Assembly: GCA_039000985.1 (NCBI GenBank)
Contig: JAWBMD010000002.1
Coordinates: forward strand, 1-64,000
Direction of reading: 5' to 3'
From: Candidatus Aenigmatarchaeota archaeon
Lineage (GTDB): Archaea > Aenigmatarchaeota > Aenigmatarchaeia > CG10238-14 > SpSt-28
DNA length: 64,000 nt
Numbering within the stretch: position 1 is the stretch's first letter; each line of letters begins with the position of its first letter. Position numbers and translations under genes: made by a program. Shown here one piece after another: positions 1 to 10,200 of the stretch. Below the pieces are notes generated by a model. That model saw only the letters and a list, made by a program, of their open reading frames with translations. It was not told where the DNA came from and searched no databases.

Positions 1-2820
1 ATAGGAAATTATAAATTGGAAAACATATCATTTTCTTGTATTTCTGGTATAGTTTGTTCCGATTTCGCATTAAAATTTGTTCCAGAAAATGTTAGCAATT
101 TAACAGAAGGTTATAATATTTCAATAGCTGTTAATGCAACAATACCAATTTTATATCAAGCAGGAACTTATAATGGTACTATAAATGTTTCAGCAGCTAA
201 TGATAAATTTGATTTGGTTAATATTAGCATAACAATATTGGAATCAAGAGTTTGGAATTTTACACCAAATCTTTGCATTAGAGCTACTTATCCAAGTGAG
301 GGAGTAGCATGTGAAGTTTTTGTTAGAAATCTTGGTAATACTTACATAAACTTTAATATTACTCCAGAGTTTGGTAATTATACTAGAGTTAATGTTACAA
401 ACTTTACATTGCTATATAATACTACCTATGTATTTTCTGTTCTTTATAATGTAACAGATGCTCCAGAAGGATTTTACGATTCTATATTTTTAATAGATGC
501 TGTAGAGAGTGATGCCTTTCCAGATAATGATACATTGCTTGTTAAATTAGTTCCATTTTCTCCGCCATTAATAGATTTATTTGTTTTTCCAAAAAGAGCA
601 GAGCAAAATGATAGTATAAATATAATTGCTAATGTTACAGATACTTCTGGTGCTGGATTAAAATTTGTTAAAGCAAATATAACATATCCTAATTTTACAA
701 TAGTTACATATAACATGAGTTTTAATGGAAGTCATTTTATTTTATTGTTTAATGATACAATGCAAATAGGTAATTACTCTGTTATTGTTTTTGCTGAGGA
801 TAACATAGGAAATTTCAATTCAACAAATTCTAGTTTTTTTGTCCAGAGGCTATTAAAAATAACTTTATCAACTTTTTCTACCGAATATATTCAAGGAGAT
901 TTGGTTTCCATATTTTATAAAGTTTTGAATATTTCAAATGACCCAATTCCAAATGTTACAGTTTATTTCAGAATTTATAATCCAAACAAAACTTTGGTTC
1001 ATTATTCTTTTTATAATACTAGCACTGATGGAATCATTTTACCAATACCAACATTTCAATTAACTTCAGATGCTATTGTCGGAAATTATACTCTAAATTC
1101 AATTTCTTTATATGAGGAAGCTATAAAAGAAGTTAACTACAGCTTTTTAGTTAGTGAAAGAACAGTTACTGTAGCTGGATTATTTGCTGATATAAGCACA
1201 GCTGTTGTTTGGTATCCAGAGAATATTTTAATTATTGGATTGTTAACTTATAATGGAGAAGGTAGTCCAGTTGATGTAGATACAATAAACTTAACAGTTT
1301 ATGATCCATTGGGAAATGTTTTCTTTTCTATAAATGAAAGCTTTTTTAGAAGGGAAAGCAAAGGATTTTATTCTTATAGACATTTCATTCCAATTACAGC
1401 ACCAACTGGAATGTATCTAGCTGTTGCTAATGTTAGTAAGGATAAGCATAATACAATGAAGCTTCAATCTTTTAGAATTGCACGTGGAGGTCCTTATGAT
1501 TTAAGAGTGACTCCATTAGAGAATGAGGTGGAGCAAAACGATTATCTTGATTTTTTAATAACGATTATAAACATGGGAGAAATTTCTCAAGATGTTTTTG
1601 TAGAATATTGGACATCTGATATTTCTGGAAATATAACATTTTTCAAAGCTTCAGAATTTTTCCTTGTTAATTCATTAGAAAATAAAACTGTAGCAAGAAG
1701 AGTTCCAATATATTTATCTCAGCAACCTGGAACTTATTTAATTAATGTTAAGATGGTATATGATTCTCAAGTACCTCCTCTTATTGTTAATGCAAGCTTT
1801 ATTGTTAAAGAAAGAAGAGGTTTAATTCCAGGTCCAGGAAATATTTCTCAACCAATAGTTGAGGTAAACATAACAGGTGGAGTAATTGAGCTCCAGGTTC
1901 CATTTCCACAGCCTACAGCAAATCTAACTTCCAAGCTAATAATAGAAAAATTTGAAAAATATATGCCTGTTGCTAGAGGTTATAGTAGAATGTTTACTGT
2001 TGTTGTTAAAAATATTGGAGAAACAGAATTAAGCAATGTAACTTTAGATTTGATAGGTATACCTTTTGATTGGTTTAATATAACCCCAACCAGCTATGTT
2101 TTAAGACCAAATGCAACTGGAGTTTTCATACTTACTTTAAACATACCAAAAAATGCTAATATAACAAAAATGGGAGCAACTTTGATAGCAAGCAGTAATT
2201 TGGTTAGTGATAGCAAAGATGTTGAAATAGAAATATTTAAAAGTTTAAAAGAAATTTTGGAAAAGGAATTGAGCGATTTAGAAGAGGAATATGCAGATCT
2301 ATTTGTTAAAACAAAGATTGCTAAAAAGGAAGGTAGAGATGTTAGTATAGTTGAAGATTTATTAAAAGAAATTAGAAAAAAGTTGGATGAGGCAAGAAAA
2401 AATTTAAATGAAGGAAATTATGAAACTGGTTTAAAAAATATTGAGCAAGCTAAAATTTTGATAGAAAGGGCTAAAGACATTTTATCTAAGTTGGAATTAC
2501 CAGTTAAAGCTATAGTTTTTCCAAAATGGTTAATTGCAGTTATATCTCTCTCTTTGTTTTCCATATTTATTTTTTATAAGCTAACTAAAAAAAGAAAAAT
2601 AGAAATAAAAGTTCCAACTGCTTCTATAATAAAAGCTATAGAAAAAATTAAAAGAGAAAAAGATATAGAAGCAATTAAGGAAGAAAGGGAAAAATTGTTA
2701 AGAGCACTTAGAGCTTTAGAAAGAGAAAGGGAAACTTTATCAAGAACAGCTTATGAATCAATGAAGAAAAATCTTGAAGAAAGGTTGAAAAGAATAGAAA
2801 AAGAGTTAAAAGAAGCTTGA
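1..2820 (+). CDS. Large surface/Ig-like repeat protein, C-terminal part (5'-truncated by window edge); TM anchor and short helical cytoplasmic tail
   Basis: Frame is open from base 1 (IGNYKLENISFSC...). It has many N-x-S/T sequons, beta-rich Ig-like segments, a helical segment, a TM (WLIAVISLSLFSIFIFY) and a charged tail. Its first ~70 aa resemble a segment of the giant protein. Confidence 0.8.
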   Translation: MGNYKLENISFSCISGIVCSDFALKFVPENVSNLTEGYNISIAVNATIPILYQAGTYNGTINVSAANDKFDLVNISITILESRVWNFTPNLCIRATYPSEGVACEVFVRNLGNTYINFNITPEFGNYTRVNVTNFTLLYNTTYVFSVLYNVTDAPEGFYDSIFLIDAVESDAFPDNDTLLVKLVPFSPPLIDLFVFPKRAEQNDSINIIANVTDTSGAGLKFVKANITYPNFTIVTYNMSFNGSHFILLFNDTMQIGNYSVIVFAEDNIGNFNSTNSSFFVQRLLKITLSTFSTEYIQGDLVSIFYKVLNISNDPIPNVTVYFRIYNPNKTLVHYSFYNTSTDGIILPIPTFQLTSDAIVGNYTLNSISLYEEAIKEVNYSFLVSERTVTVAGLFADISTAVVWYPENILIIGLLTYNGEGSPVDVDTINLTVYDPLGNVFFSINESFFRRESKGFYSYRHFIPITAPTGMYLAVANVSKDKHNTMKLQSFRIARGGPYDLRVTPLENEVEQNDYLDFLITIINMGEISQDVFVEYWTSDISGNITFFKASEFFLVNSLENKTVARRVPIYLSQQPGTYLINVKMVYDSQVPPLIVNASFIVKERRGLIPGPGNISQPIVEVNITGGVIELQVPFPQPTANLTSKLIIEKFEKYMPVARGYSRMFTVVVKNIGETELSNVTLDLIGIPFDWFNITPTSYVLRPNATGVFILTLNIPKNANITKMGATLIASSNLVSDSKDVEIEIFKSLKEILEKELSDLEEEYADLFVKTKIAKKEGRDVSIVEDLLKEIRKKLDEARKNLNEGNYETGLKNIEQAKILIERAKDILSKLELPVKAIVFPKWLIAVISLSLFSIFIFYKLTKKRKIEIKVPTASIIKAIEKIKREKDIEAIKEEREKLLRALRALERERETLSRTAYESMKKNLEERLKRIEKELKEA

Positions 2821-3135
2821 TTTTATTAAAATATTAACGATTAAAAAAATTAGTATGCAAGCAAATATTCTATAATCTTTTAAAAATGCAAAAATTAATA
2901 AAAAGGAAAATGGTAAAATTAAAGTTGCTAAGTAAAAATTTTTGGGATTTTGGCAATATATGAAAAAAGATGTTTTGAAATTTTTATCTGTTAAAATGCT
3001 TTTTTCATATTTACAGTTAAATAATTTAGATATTTGCAAGGAAAAATTTTCACTTATGAAAAACATTGAGATAAAAACTAAAACAATACTTAAATAGCTT
3101 ATCTTCTCCATAAAATTTCCTTTAATTTTTCCCAA
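2806..3135 (-). CDS. Small membrane protein, hypothetical
   Basis: 109-aa ORF with ~3 hydrophobic stretches, directly downstream of minD on the same strand; the start may be the second Met. Confidence 0.5.
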   Translation of the reverse strand: MGKIKGNFMEKISYLSIVLVFISMFFISENFSLQISKLFNCKYEKSILTDKNFKTSFFIYCQNPKNFYLATLILPFSFLLIFAFLKDYRIFACILIFLIVNILIKSSFF

Positions 3136-3866
3136 AAGCTCACCTTTTTTATATAATATGTTCCTATTACATTAGCTGCAATTTCCTTAAAAGCTTCTAC
3201 AAATTTTTTATCACCTTCAAGCAATACAGCTGGCTTCACTTCTGCAATACTTTTAGCTACTAATTTGCTGAATGGAATTTCTCCGATAATTCTTAAGTAA
3301 CTTAAATATTCTGTATAGCTTCTTTCCATTTTTGTACGTTCAGCTACTCTATTAATTATTAAACCCAAAATTCTTTTTCCATATTCCAATACAACTCTTC
3401 TTGCTTTTAGCATAGAAATAATGCTTGAGATTTCTGGTAGACAGACTAAAATTATATAGTCACTAATTTTTATTACTTCTAAAACTTCCAAGGAAATACC
3501 CGCAGCACTATCTATTAGAATGTAGTCATAAAAGTCTTTTATTTCGTTTATCTTTTCTTCTAGTAAGTCAATTCTTTTCAGCATTTCTTCGTCAAAACTT
3601 TCTAAAGAGGAAGGAATAACATGCAATCCAGATGGATGAAGGTAAATACAATCTTTAATATCAATTCTATTTCTCAAAACATCGATAATCGATTTTTCTG
3701 TTTCCAGAAATCCCAAATATAATCCTAGATTAGGAGCAGTTATATTACCATCCATAACCAAAACTTTTTTTGAAAAATATTTTACTAATGTTACTCCCAA
3801 GTTTACAGTTATTGTTGTTTTTCCAACACCACCTTTTCCACTTATTATTCCCATTACACTTCCCAT
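3099..3866 (-). CDS. minD: MinD/ParA-family ATPase
   Basis: Deviant Walker A SGKGGVGKTT, D-x-N...NLG, ILIDSAAG, GLIINRV, and a C-terminal amphipathic-looking tail (FWEKLKEILWRR). Confidence 0.9.
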   Translation of the reverse strand: MGSVMGIISGKGGVGKTTITVNLGVTLVKYFSKKVLVMDGNITAPNLGLYLGFLETEKSIIDVLRNRIDIKDCIYLHPSGLHVIPSSLESFDEEMLKRIDLLEEKINEIKDFYDYILIDSAAGISLEVLEVIKISDYIILVCLPEISSIISMLKARRVVLEYGKRILGLIINRVAERTKMERSYTEYLSYLRIIGEIPFSKLVAKSIAEVKPAVLLEGDKKFVEAFKEIAANVIGTYYIKKVSFWEKLKEILWRR

Positions 3867-5398
3867 TATTTTTTTCTCAAAAATTTTCTTATTTCCTCCT
3901 CTAGTTCTTTTCTGCTTTTTACTTTTAATTCTTTTATTTTTTTAGGGGCTTTTTCTGTTTTTTGTTCTCTTCGAGGATAAAGTGGTAATTCTATATATTC
4001 TTCTTTTTTCTTAGTTTCTTTAGGTGGTAATAGCTCTTTATATTCTTCTTTTTCTTCAATTTCTGGAATTGTTTCTACTTCAAATTCCTTTTTCTCAATT
4101 TTTTTTGCTGGTAATTCTTTGTATTCCTCTTCTTCTTTTTCTTCAGCTTTTGGAATCATTTCTATTCCACCAGTTTCTAAAAATTTTTCAACTTTTTTCC
4201 ATTCTTCTATCAACTTTTCTTCAATTTCTTTAATTCTCTTTTCTGTATTGCTTCTCGATTTTTCATAATCACCTAAACTTATTTTTCCTTGTTTTAATTG
4301 CTCTTCTAATGATTCTAATAGTATTATTAAATCATCTCTTTCATTTCTCAAAATTTTAATAGTTTCTGGAACTTTTGCATCAATCATTGGTAAGCTTTTT
4401 TCAAATTCTTTTATTTGAGTATCTAATGTAGCTATACTAGTTTTAACTGCTTCCAAATCTCTTGTAGTTGCAATATTTTCCATTTTAGCATTTATTGCAT
4501 CCAAACTTTTAAAGATATCTTTTAAGCTTGCTTCTAATTCTTCTTGTCTTGATTTATATAATGAAAATTCTTGCAAGCTTTTACTCATTTCTATGAAAGT
4601 TTTTTCCACTTTTGAAGCTACTCTTTCTATATAAGAAATTGCATCCTTTATTTCCTTAGCTCTTTCATCTATTTTTTTTGAAATTTCTATTATATTTTCT
4701 AAGCTTCCAGCAGTTCTAAGCAATTCAAAAACTTTATTAACTCTATCACTTAATTCATCAATTCTTTTTTCAACTTTTTCAAAAGAAACATTAGTTTTTT
4801 CAATATTTTTTTCTATTTCCATAAATCTTTTAATAATTTTGTTTGGGTCAATTTCCTCAACTTGATCAGCTATTTTTCCAAATTTTAATTCTAACTCTCT
4901 TAAGCTTGCATCTGTTTGAAAAATTAAGGATCTCAATTCACCAATACTTTCATTTATGGTTCTTATTTGTTCTGTCATGACTTTTTTCTCTTCTTTAAAA
5001 GCATCCAATGTTGCTCTAAATTTTTCAATTTCCATTATGATTTCTGTCCCAACTTTTTCACCCTCTATTTTCAATTCTTTTTTCTCTTCTTCTGGCTTAA
5101 CTTCTTCTAGTATTTCTTTTGGTGGATTTAATGGGTCAAAATAAACAGGACCTTCTGTTTTTTCTTCATAAGGACTTTCTTTCTTTTCCTCTTTTTTGCT
5201 TATAATTTTTGATAATAAACCACCTTTACTTTCCTTTATTCCAAGCTTTTTGTTTATTTCTTTTAATCTTTTTTGATATTTTTCCTTCATTTCTTTATAT
5301 GTTTCTTCACTAATATTAGCTTTCCTATATTCTTCCTCTATTTGCGAAAGAAGTATTTCAACTTCTTCTTTTTCTTTTTCTAATTTTTCTTTTTCCAC
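3866..5398 (-). CDS. Long coiled-coil cytoplasmic protein with two SHOCT-like helical hairpins
   Basis: E/K-rich heptad sequence. The likely start is the GTG at 5398 (VEKEKLEK), since the track start at 5425 overlaps the divergent gene. Its stop abuts the minD start. Confidence 0.75.
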   Translation of the reverse strand: MEKEKLEKEKEEVEILLSQIEEEYRKANISEETYKEMKEKYQKRLKEINKKLGIKESKGGLLSKIISKKEEKKESPYEEKTEGPVYFDPLNPPKEILEEVKPEEEKKELKIEGEKVGTEIIMEIEKFRATLDAFKEEKKVMTEQIRTINESIGELRSLIFQTDASLRELELKFGKIADQVEEIDPNKIIKRFMEIEKNIEKTNVSFEKVEKRIDELSDRVNKVFELLRTAGSLENIIEISKKIDERAKEIKDAISYIERVASKVEKTFIEMSKSLQEFSLYKSRQEELEASLKDIFKSLDAINAKMENIATTRDLEAVKTSIATLDTQIKEFEKSLPMIDAKVPETIKILRNERDDLIILLESLEEQLKQGKISLGDYEKSRSNTEKRIKEIEEKLIEEWKKVEKFLETGGIEMIPKAEEKEEEEYKELPAKKIEKKEFEVETIPEIEEKEEYKELLPPKETKKKEEYIELPLYPRREQKTEKAPKKIKELKVKSRKELEEEIRKFLRKK

Positions 5399-5408
5399 AA
5401 ATATAATT

Positions 5409-6155
5409 ATGAATGAGAAATACATATTTGATACACAATTTATAATAAATGCTGGTGGTTTGGGTGAAAGATGGAGAGGTGTTAGTTATTTACCAAAACC
5501 TTTAACACCTATTGGTAAACATAAAAAACCAATGATAGAATATGTTATTCTTTCATTCATGAAGGCAGGTATAGAGGAGTTTTACATAACTTTATATTAT
5601 AAACCAAAGCTTTTTATTAATTGCTTAAAAAAAATTAAAGAAAAGTATAAAATAAAGATCAATTATTTAATTGAAGGAAAAGAAAGGCTTGGAAGATTAG
5701 GTATAATCAAAAAAAGTTTTGAAGAAGGTTTGTTAGATGCAAATAGACCATTAGTTTCCGCAAACGCTTCTGATATTTTAATTTTTGATATGAAAAAAGC
5801 TTTTGATTTTCATTTAAGCAATTTAAATTTTCCAGTAACTGCAATTGTTTCAAAGAATTTTAAATCAAGTTTTGGTATTTTAGAGCTTGGAAAATATGGA
5901 AATGTTGTTTCATTTAAAGAAAAACCTTACATGCAATATTTTACAAATACAGCATTTTACATTATTGATAAAAAGTTTAACAAAAAAATTTTAAAGGCTA
6001 AATTAGAATTTCCAATTAATTTTGAGGATTTCAAATCTTTTTGGAAACTTGTTAAGGCAATTCCTTTAGTTGAATATGGAAAAACATGGTTTCCTTTTAA
6101 AGATTTGAAAGATTATAGAGAATTTGGAGATATAAATTTTTTACATTTTCTTTAA
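5409..6155 (+). CDS. Sugar-phosphate nucleotidyltransferase (NTP_transferase family)
   Basis: N-terminal IINAGGLGERW...LPKPLTPIG signature; later FGIL...VVSFKEKP. Confidence 0.85.
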   Translation: MNEKYIFDTQFIINAGGLGERWRGVSYLPKPLTPIGKHKKPMIEYVILSFMKAGIEEFYITLYYKPKLFINCLKKIKEKYKIKINYLIEGKERLGRLGIIKKSFEEGLLDANRPLVSANASDILIFDMKKAFDFHLSNLNFPVTAIVSKNFKSSFGILELGKYGNVVSFKEKPYMQYFTNTAFYIIDKKFNKKILKAKLEFPINFEDFKSFWKLVKAIPLVEYGKTWFPFKDLKDYREFGDINFLHFL

Positions 6156-7230
6156 TCTTGTTTCAAGAGATTCTATATAAGTATTTGCCATGGCAAAAGC
6201 ACCAGTTTTTAGTTTATCTTTAGCTATGTTGAATTCTATTTCTAAATCATAAGTATCTTTACCTTTTTCTTTCAATTCTTTTATTTTTGCTTCTATTTCA
6301 TCAAGCTTTTTAGCTATTTTCACATACTCATTTATTTCAGCATCTGTTAATCCTAGCGGAGAATGTAGTAATGGTCTAAATTCTATGAACCAAGGTTTAC
6401 CATGGTTATATTCTGGGTTCTGGAATAATCCAGTACCTATTGTTAGTTTAACAACTTTGTTTGCATAGTCTTGTCCATATTTGGTTTTAACTCTATTAAT
6501 ATCACCTTCAAATCTTGTTCTTAGCTGAATTTCACTAGCTATATTTGCTCTTACAGCAGCTTTGAAATCTAATAGAACTTGGCTTATTAGGAATATTCCA
6601 ATTCCCCACTTTCTAAATTCTCTACAACCTCTTTCTATTGCAACGTATCCACCCTTCCCACCATATTTCGGTAATAATCTATGTACCTCATCGAAAACAA
6701 GCAATAGTTTAACTTCTTTTGTTTCTGCTGGTCTCATATCAAATACAGCTTGTATCATTTTTCTAGTAAATGTATCAATTTGTTCTGGTTTTAATCTATT
6801 TGTTACAAATACAGTTATTTCTCCAGGAATCATCCATTTCTTTAAATCTATTGGCATTTCAGGATCCTCAACAACAATTATGTTAGTTTTGAAGCTTCTT
6901 GCATCAGTTGGTTTTAATCCAAATTTTGGATATAAATCTAACATTACTTTTAATCTATTTGGTTTAATAAATCCTGTCCATTGTGCAGTTGGGTCGACAA
7001 CAATTACTGGGATCTTTCTTTTTAGTAATTCCTCAGCAGCAACCATTGCAGACACAGTTTTACCTGAACCAGTACCACCAGCAGCTATTGTATGCATTAA
7101 TAATTGTTTAGTATCTAAATATGCTTTGACATCAGTTTCAGCTATTTTACCAACTTCAATAGAGTCTGGTCCAGGTTGTGGTAAAGCTTTGAAATCTATT
7201 GGTGCAATATATCTTTTCTTAGCAAGTTTT
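6141..7230 (-). other. Cytoplasmic HerA/FtsK/VirB4-superfamily P-loop ATPase domain of the giant protein
   Basis: HTIAAGGTGSGKT...VIVVDP...LLLVFDEVHRLLP...REFRKWGIGIFLISQ...VRAN, the motif order typical of HerA-like ATPases. Confidence 0.88.
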
Positions 7231-10200
7231 GATAATCTATAAGCTGCATACCATCTAGAAAATGCATATATTCCTGGTACAGCAAAAAGTAGTACTAACC
7301 ATGTTATCCAATTAGTCATTACATTTTTCAACATTACTAATGGAGCTGGCAATGTTGTTACTGTAAAGCTATCTGAAGATATAGCATATTTTACACCATA
7401 CCAATAAGAAGCATTTACTTCAATCAAATAATCATCTAGTGGAGTATTTTCAGGAATTAAAATTTCTCTTCTATATGTTAAAGTATTTACAACAGCTACT
7501 GTTTCACTATTTTCAGCTATAATTCTATATGGTGGGTTAAGTGTTCTTACTCTATAATAAGCTGTTATATCTTCAATTTTTGGAGTTTGACCCATGTTTA
7601 TTAGAGTTACTTCAAATATTAGCTTTTTACCAGGCTCTACAGTTTTTGTTAATGCTTTTACTTTTACATCAAGCAATGGTTCTATTACTGGTTTAACTTT
7701 AACATTTATTGGTATTCTATGTGTTATATTACCACCAAACAATACAACATCCCCCATATAAATTCCTGGAGCTACTGTTACAGGAGCAAATGCCTTTAAT
7801 CTTGTTAAACCAGTTGATAATGGAGCAATTCTAACTAATGGATTAAGAACAGTAACAAGATTAGCAGCAGTACCTTCTATCGAAATCGAAATTTCAACAT
7901 ATTGATCTAAATGATTAACTATATCAACAGAAAATATCTTTTCTTCTTGTGGGAATATTTCTACATCTATAAATTCCCCTCTAAATTCTATTGGTGCTCT
8001 TGTTATTGGGGTTATGTTTCCTGTAATATTAATCGATATATTTGGTATTGTTATGTTTGGTGCTAATCCTAATCCTACTCCAGCTCCTGGTGCAGCTGGT
8101 GGTGCTGGAGGTGCTGGTGGAGCAGGTGGTAGAGATATGCAATCAGATGGACAAATTGAATTTGTTTCTCCAAATTCGGATTCACATATATTATTTCCAC
8201 AAATAAATTCAGCCAATATATATACTCCTTTTAATTCATCAAGCTTTGCTTCAATTGTTCTTGTAGATATGTTTATTGTTGTATTTTCAATTCTTGTCCA
8301 AAGTGTATTTATGGAAGAGCTTATTTTTGGTGTCCAATTTCCAATATATTTAAATACTTTTAAGTTCATTGGATCAAATATTGGGAAGCCACAACCATTG
8401 TTTTCACAGTCTGCAAAGTTGAAAATTAGTGAAGCATTTGAAGTGTTAAATATACTATCAACAAATATTCCTTTTAATTGACTAATTGTTGTTCTTAGTT
8501 TAGGAACTTTACCAACTATTATAGGATTGAACAAGTTTGTATTTAATGGTATGTTTTTAATTTTTATAATATTGTTAAAGCTTCCGTTTTCTATTTGCAA
8601 GTTAAAGTTATAGCTTCTTGCATCTATTGTTTCATTATAAAAGTCATAAACAGGTAAGTCAAAAAGTAATGAATTTGTTTCAGGATCTTTTAAAATAAAT
8701 CTTGCATTTATTGGTTCTTCATTAATATTTTCATAATCTCTCATATAGCCAGATATCCATATAACTGGGAATATTTCTACAGATTTTTCAGATGAATTGC
8801 AATTATCACTTTTATCACAAGCTATTACATTTACTTTATAAGTTCCTAGAGATGAAGTATTTGAAAAGCTTGCATTGAAAATATAAATATCAAAAACTCT
8901 TTCAATTAAATTAAAGCTAATATTTTCACTTGAATTATCAGGTTTTGTTACTATAACTTTTATTGTACTAAAGTTTAATCCTCCAGATTCAGTTATATTA
9001 AATAGTATTAATAAAGTTTGATTAGCAGGTAATCTTGCTGGTAATACAATATCTATAATAGGAGCAATTGTATCTTTATAAATTATCGATTCAATTTCTT
9101 TAGATTTTTTAGATAATGTTAGGTTTGGATGAGAAAAGTTTGCAATTACTTCTAAATCATAAGCTCTATTCAAGCTAACATTCGGAGCAATGAAAAATAT
9201 TTGATTTAATGAATTGTTTTCAGCTATTGTTTTATTTATTGCTTCTATTGAAAATGTTTCATTTGATAAAAATATTGAAAATGTTATGTTTTGTGTTATC
9301 GATGTACCATTTCTTTTAACATTTACTAATGTTGATATATTTTGTTCTGGCAATACATTTCTTAATGGATTGCTTTCTGTTGGTTCTATGATTTTTACAG
9401 AATATTGAAGTACATGAATTAATATTGTTGTATTTATTTCTGTTATTGTTGCATTCGATATGTGTGATTCATTAACTCTCACTGTTAAAATTCCAATTAA
9501 ATCTTTATCATTATCAAATGCTGGGAAATCGAAAAATATTGGAATTTCTATTGAGCTTGAGAAAGGTAATATTATGCTATAATTGCTTGTTGTTAAATAT
9601 TGGGAAGCATTTCCTGTTATGAATAAGTTTAATGGAATGTCTCCATTACCAGTATTTATTAGCTTAACTTTTATTAATGTTCCATTTGTTTCATCCATTG
9701 TATAGTTTTCTGTAAATTCTGGTTCCTGCTCCCATGAAATGTTTAATGGTACTCTAACTTTAACTATGAATGATGTATTTTTGATTTGGTTAAATGATAT
9801 TATGAATGTTCCATTGTAAACTCCTGTTAAGAAATTATTTGGTACAGATATATTTATTGTTATATTTTTGCTTTCTCCGCTAATCATTTCTTCTATTTGT
9901 GATGGAGTAATATTTACAGTGAAGTTACTACATACAATTCCTTCAAAGCAAGTTATTGATATATTGCTTGCATTTACATTTCCAATAGATAATAATGTTT
10001 GATTAAACAAATCATAGCTTCCAGCAATTATAGTTCTTTCTATTAATGGTAATGAAGGTACAACCAATGGATTTTCTACAACCATTACAGTAACGTTTTT
10101 GTATGTCTCATTAGTACTTAAGTTAAGATTAATCCATTCTGCTTTTAAATTAAGTGTATAGTTTCCAGGAGTTGTATTGACTAATACAATTATTTTTGTT

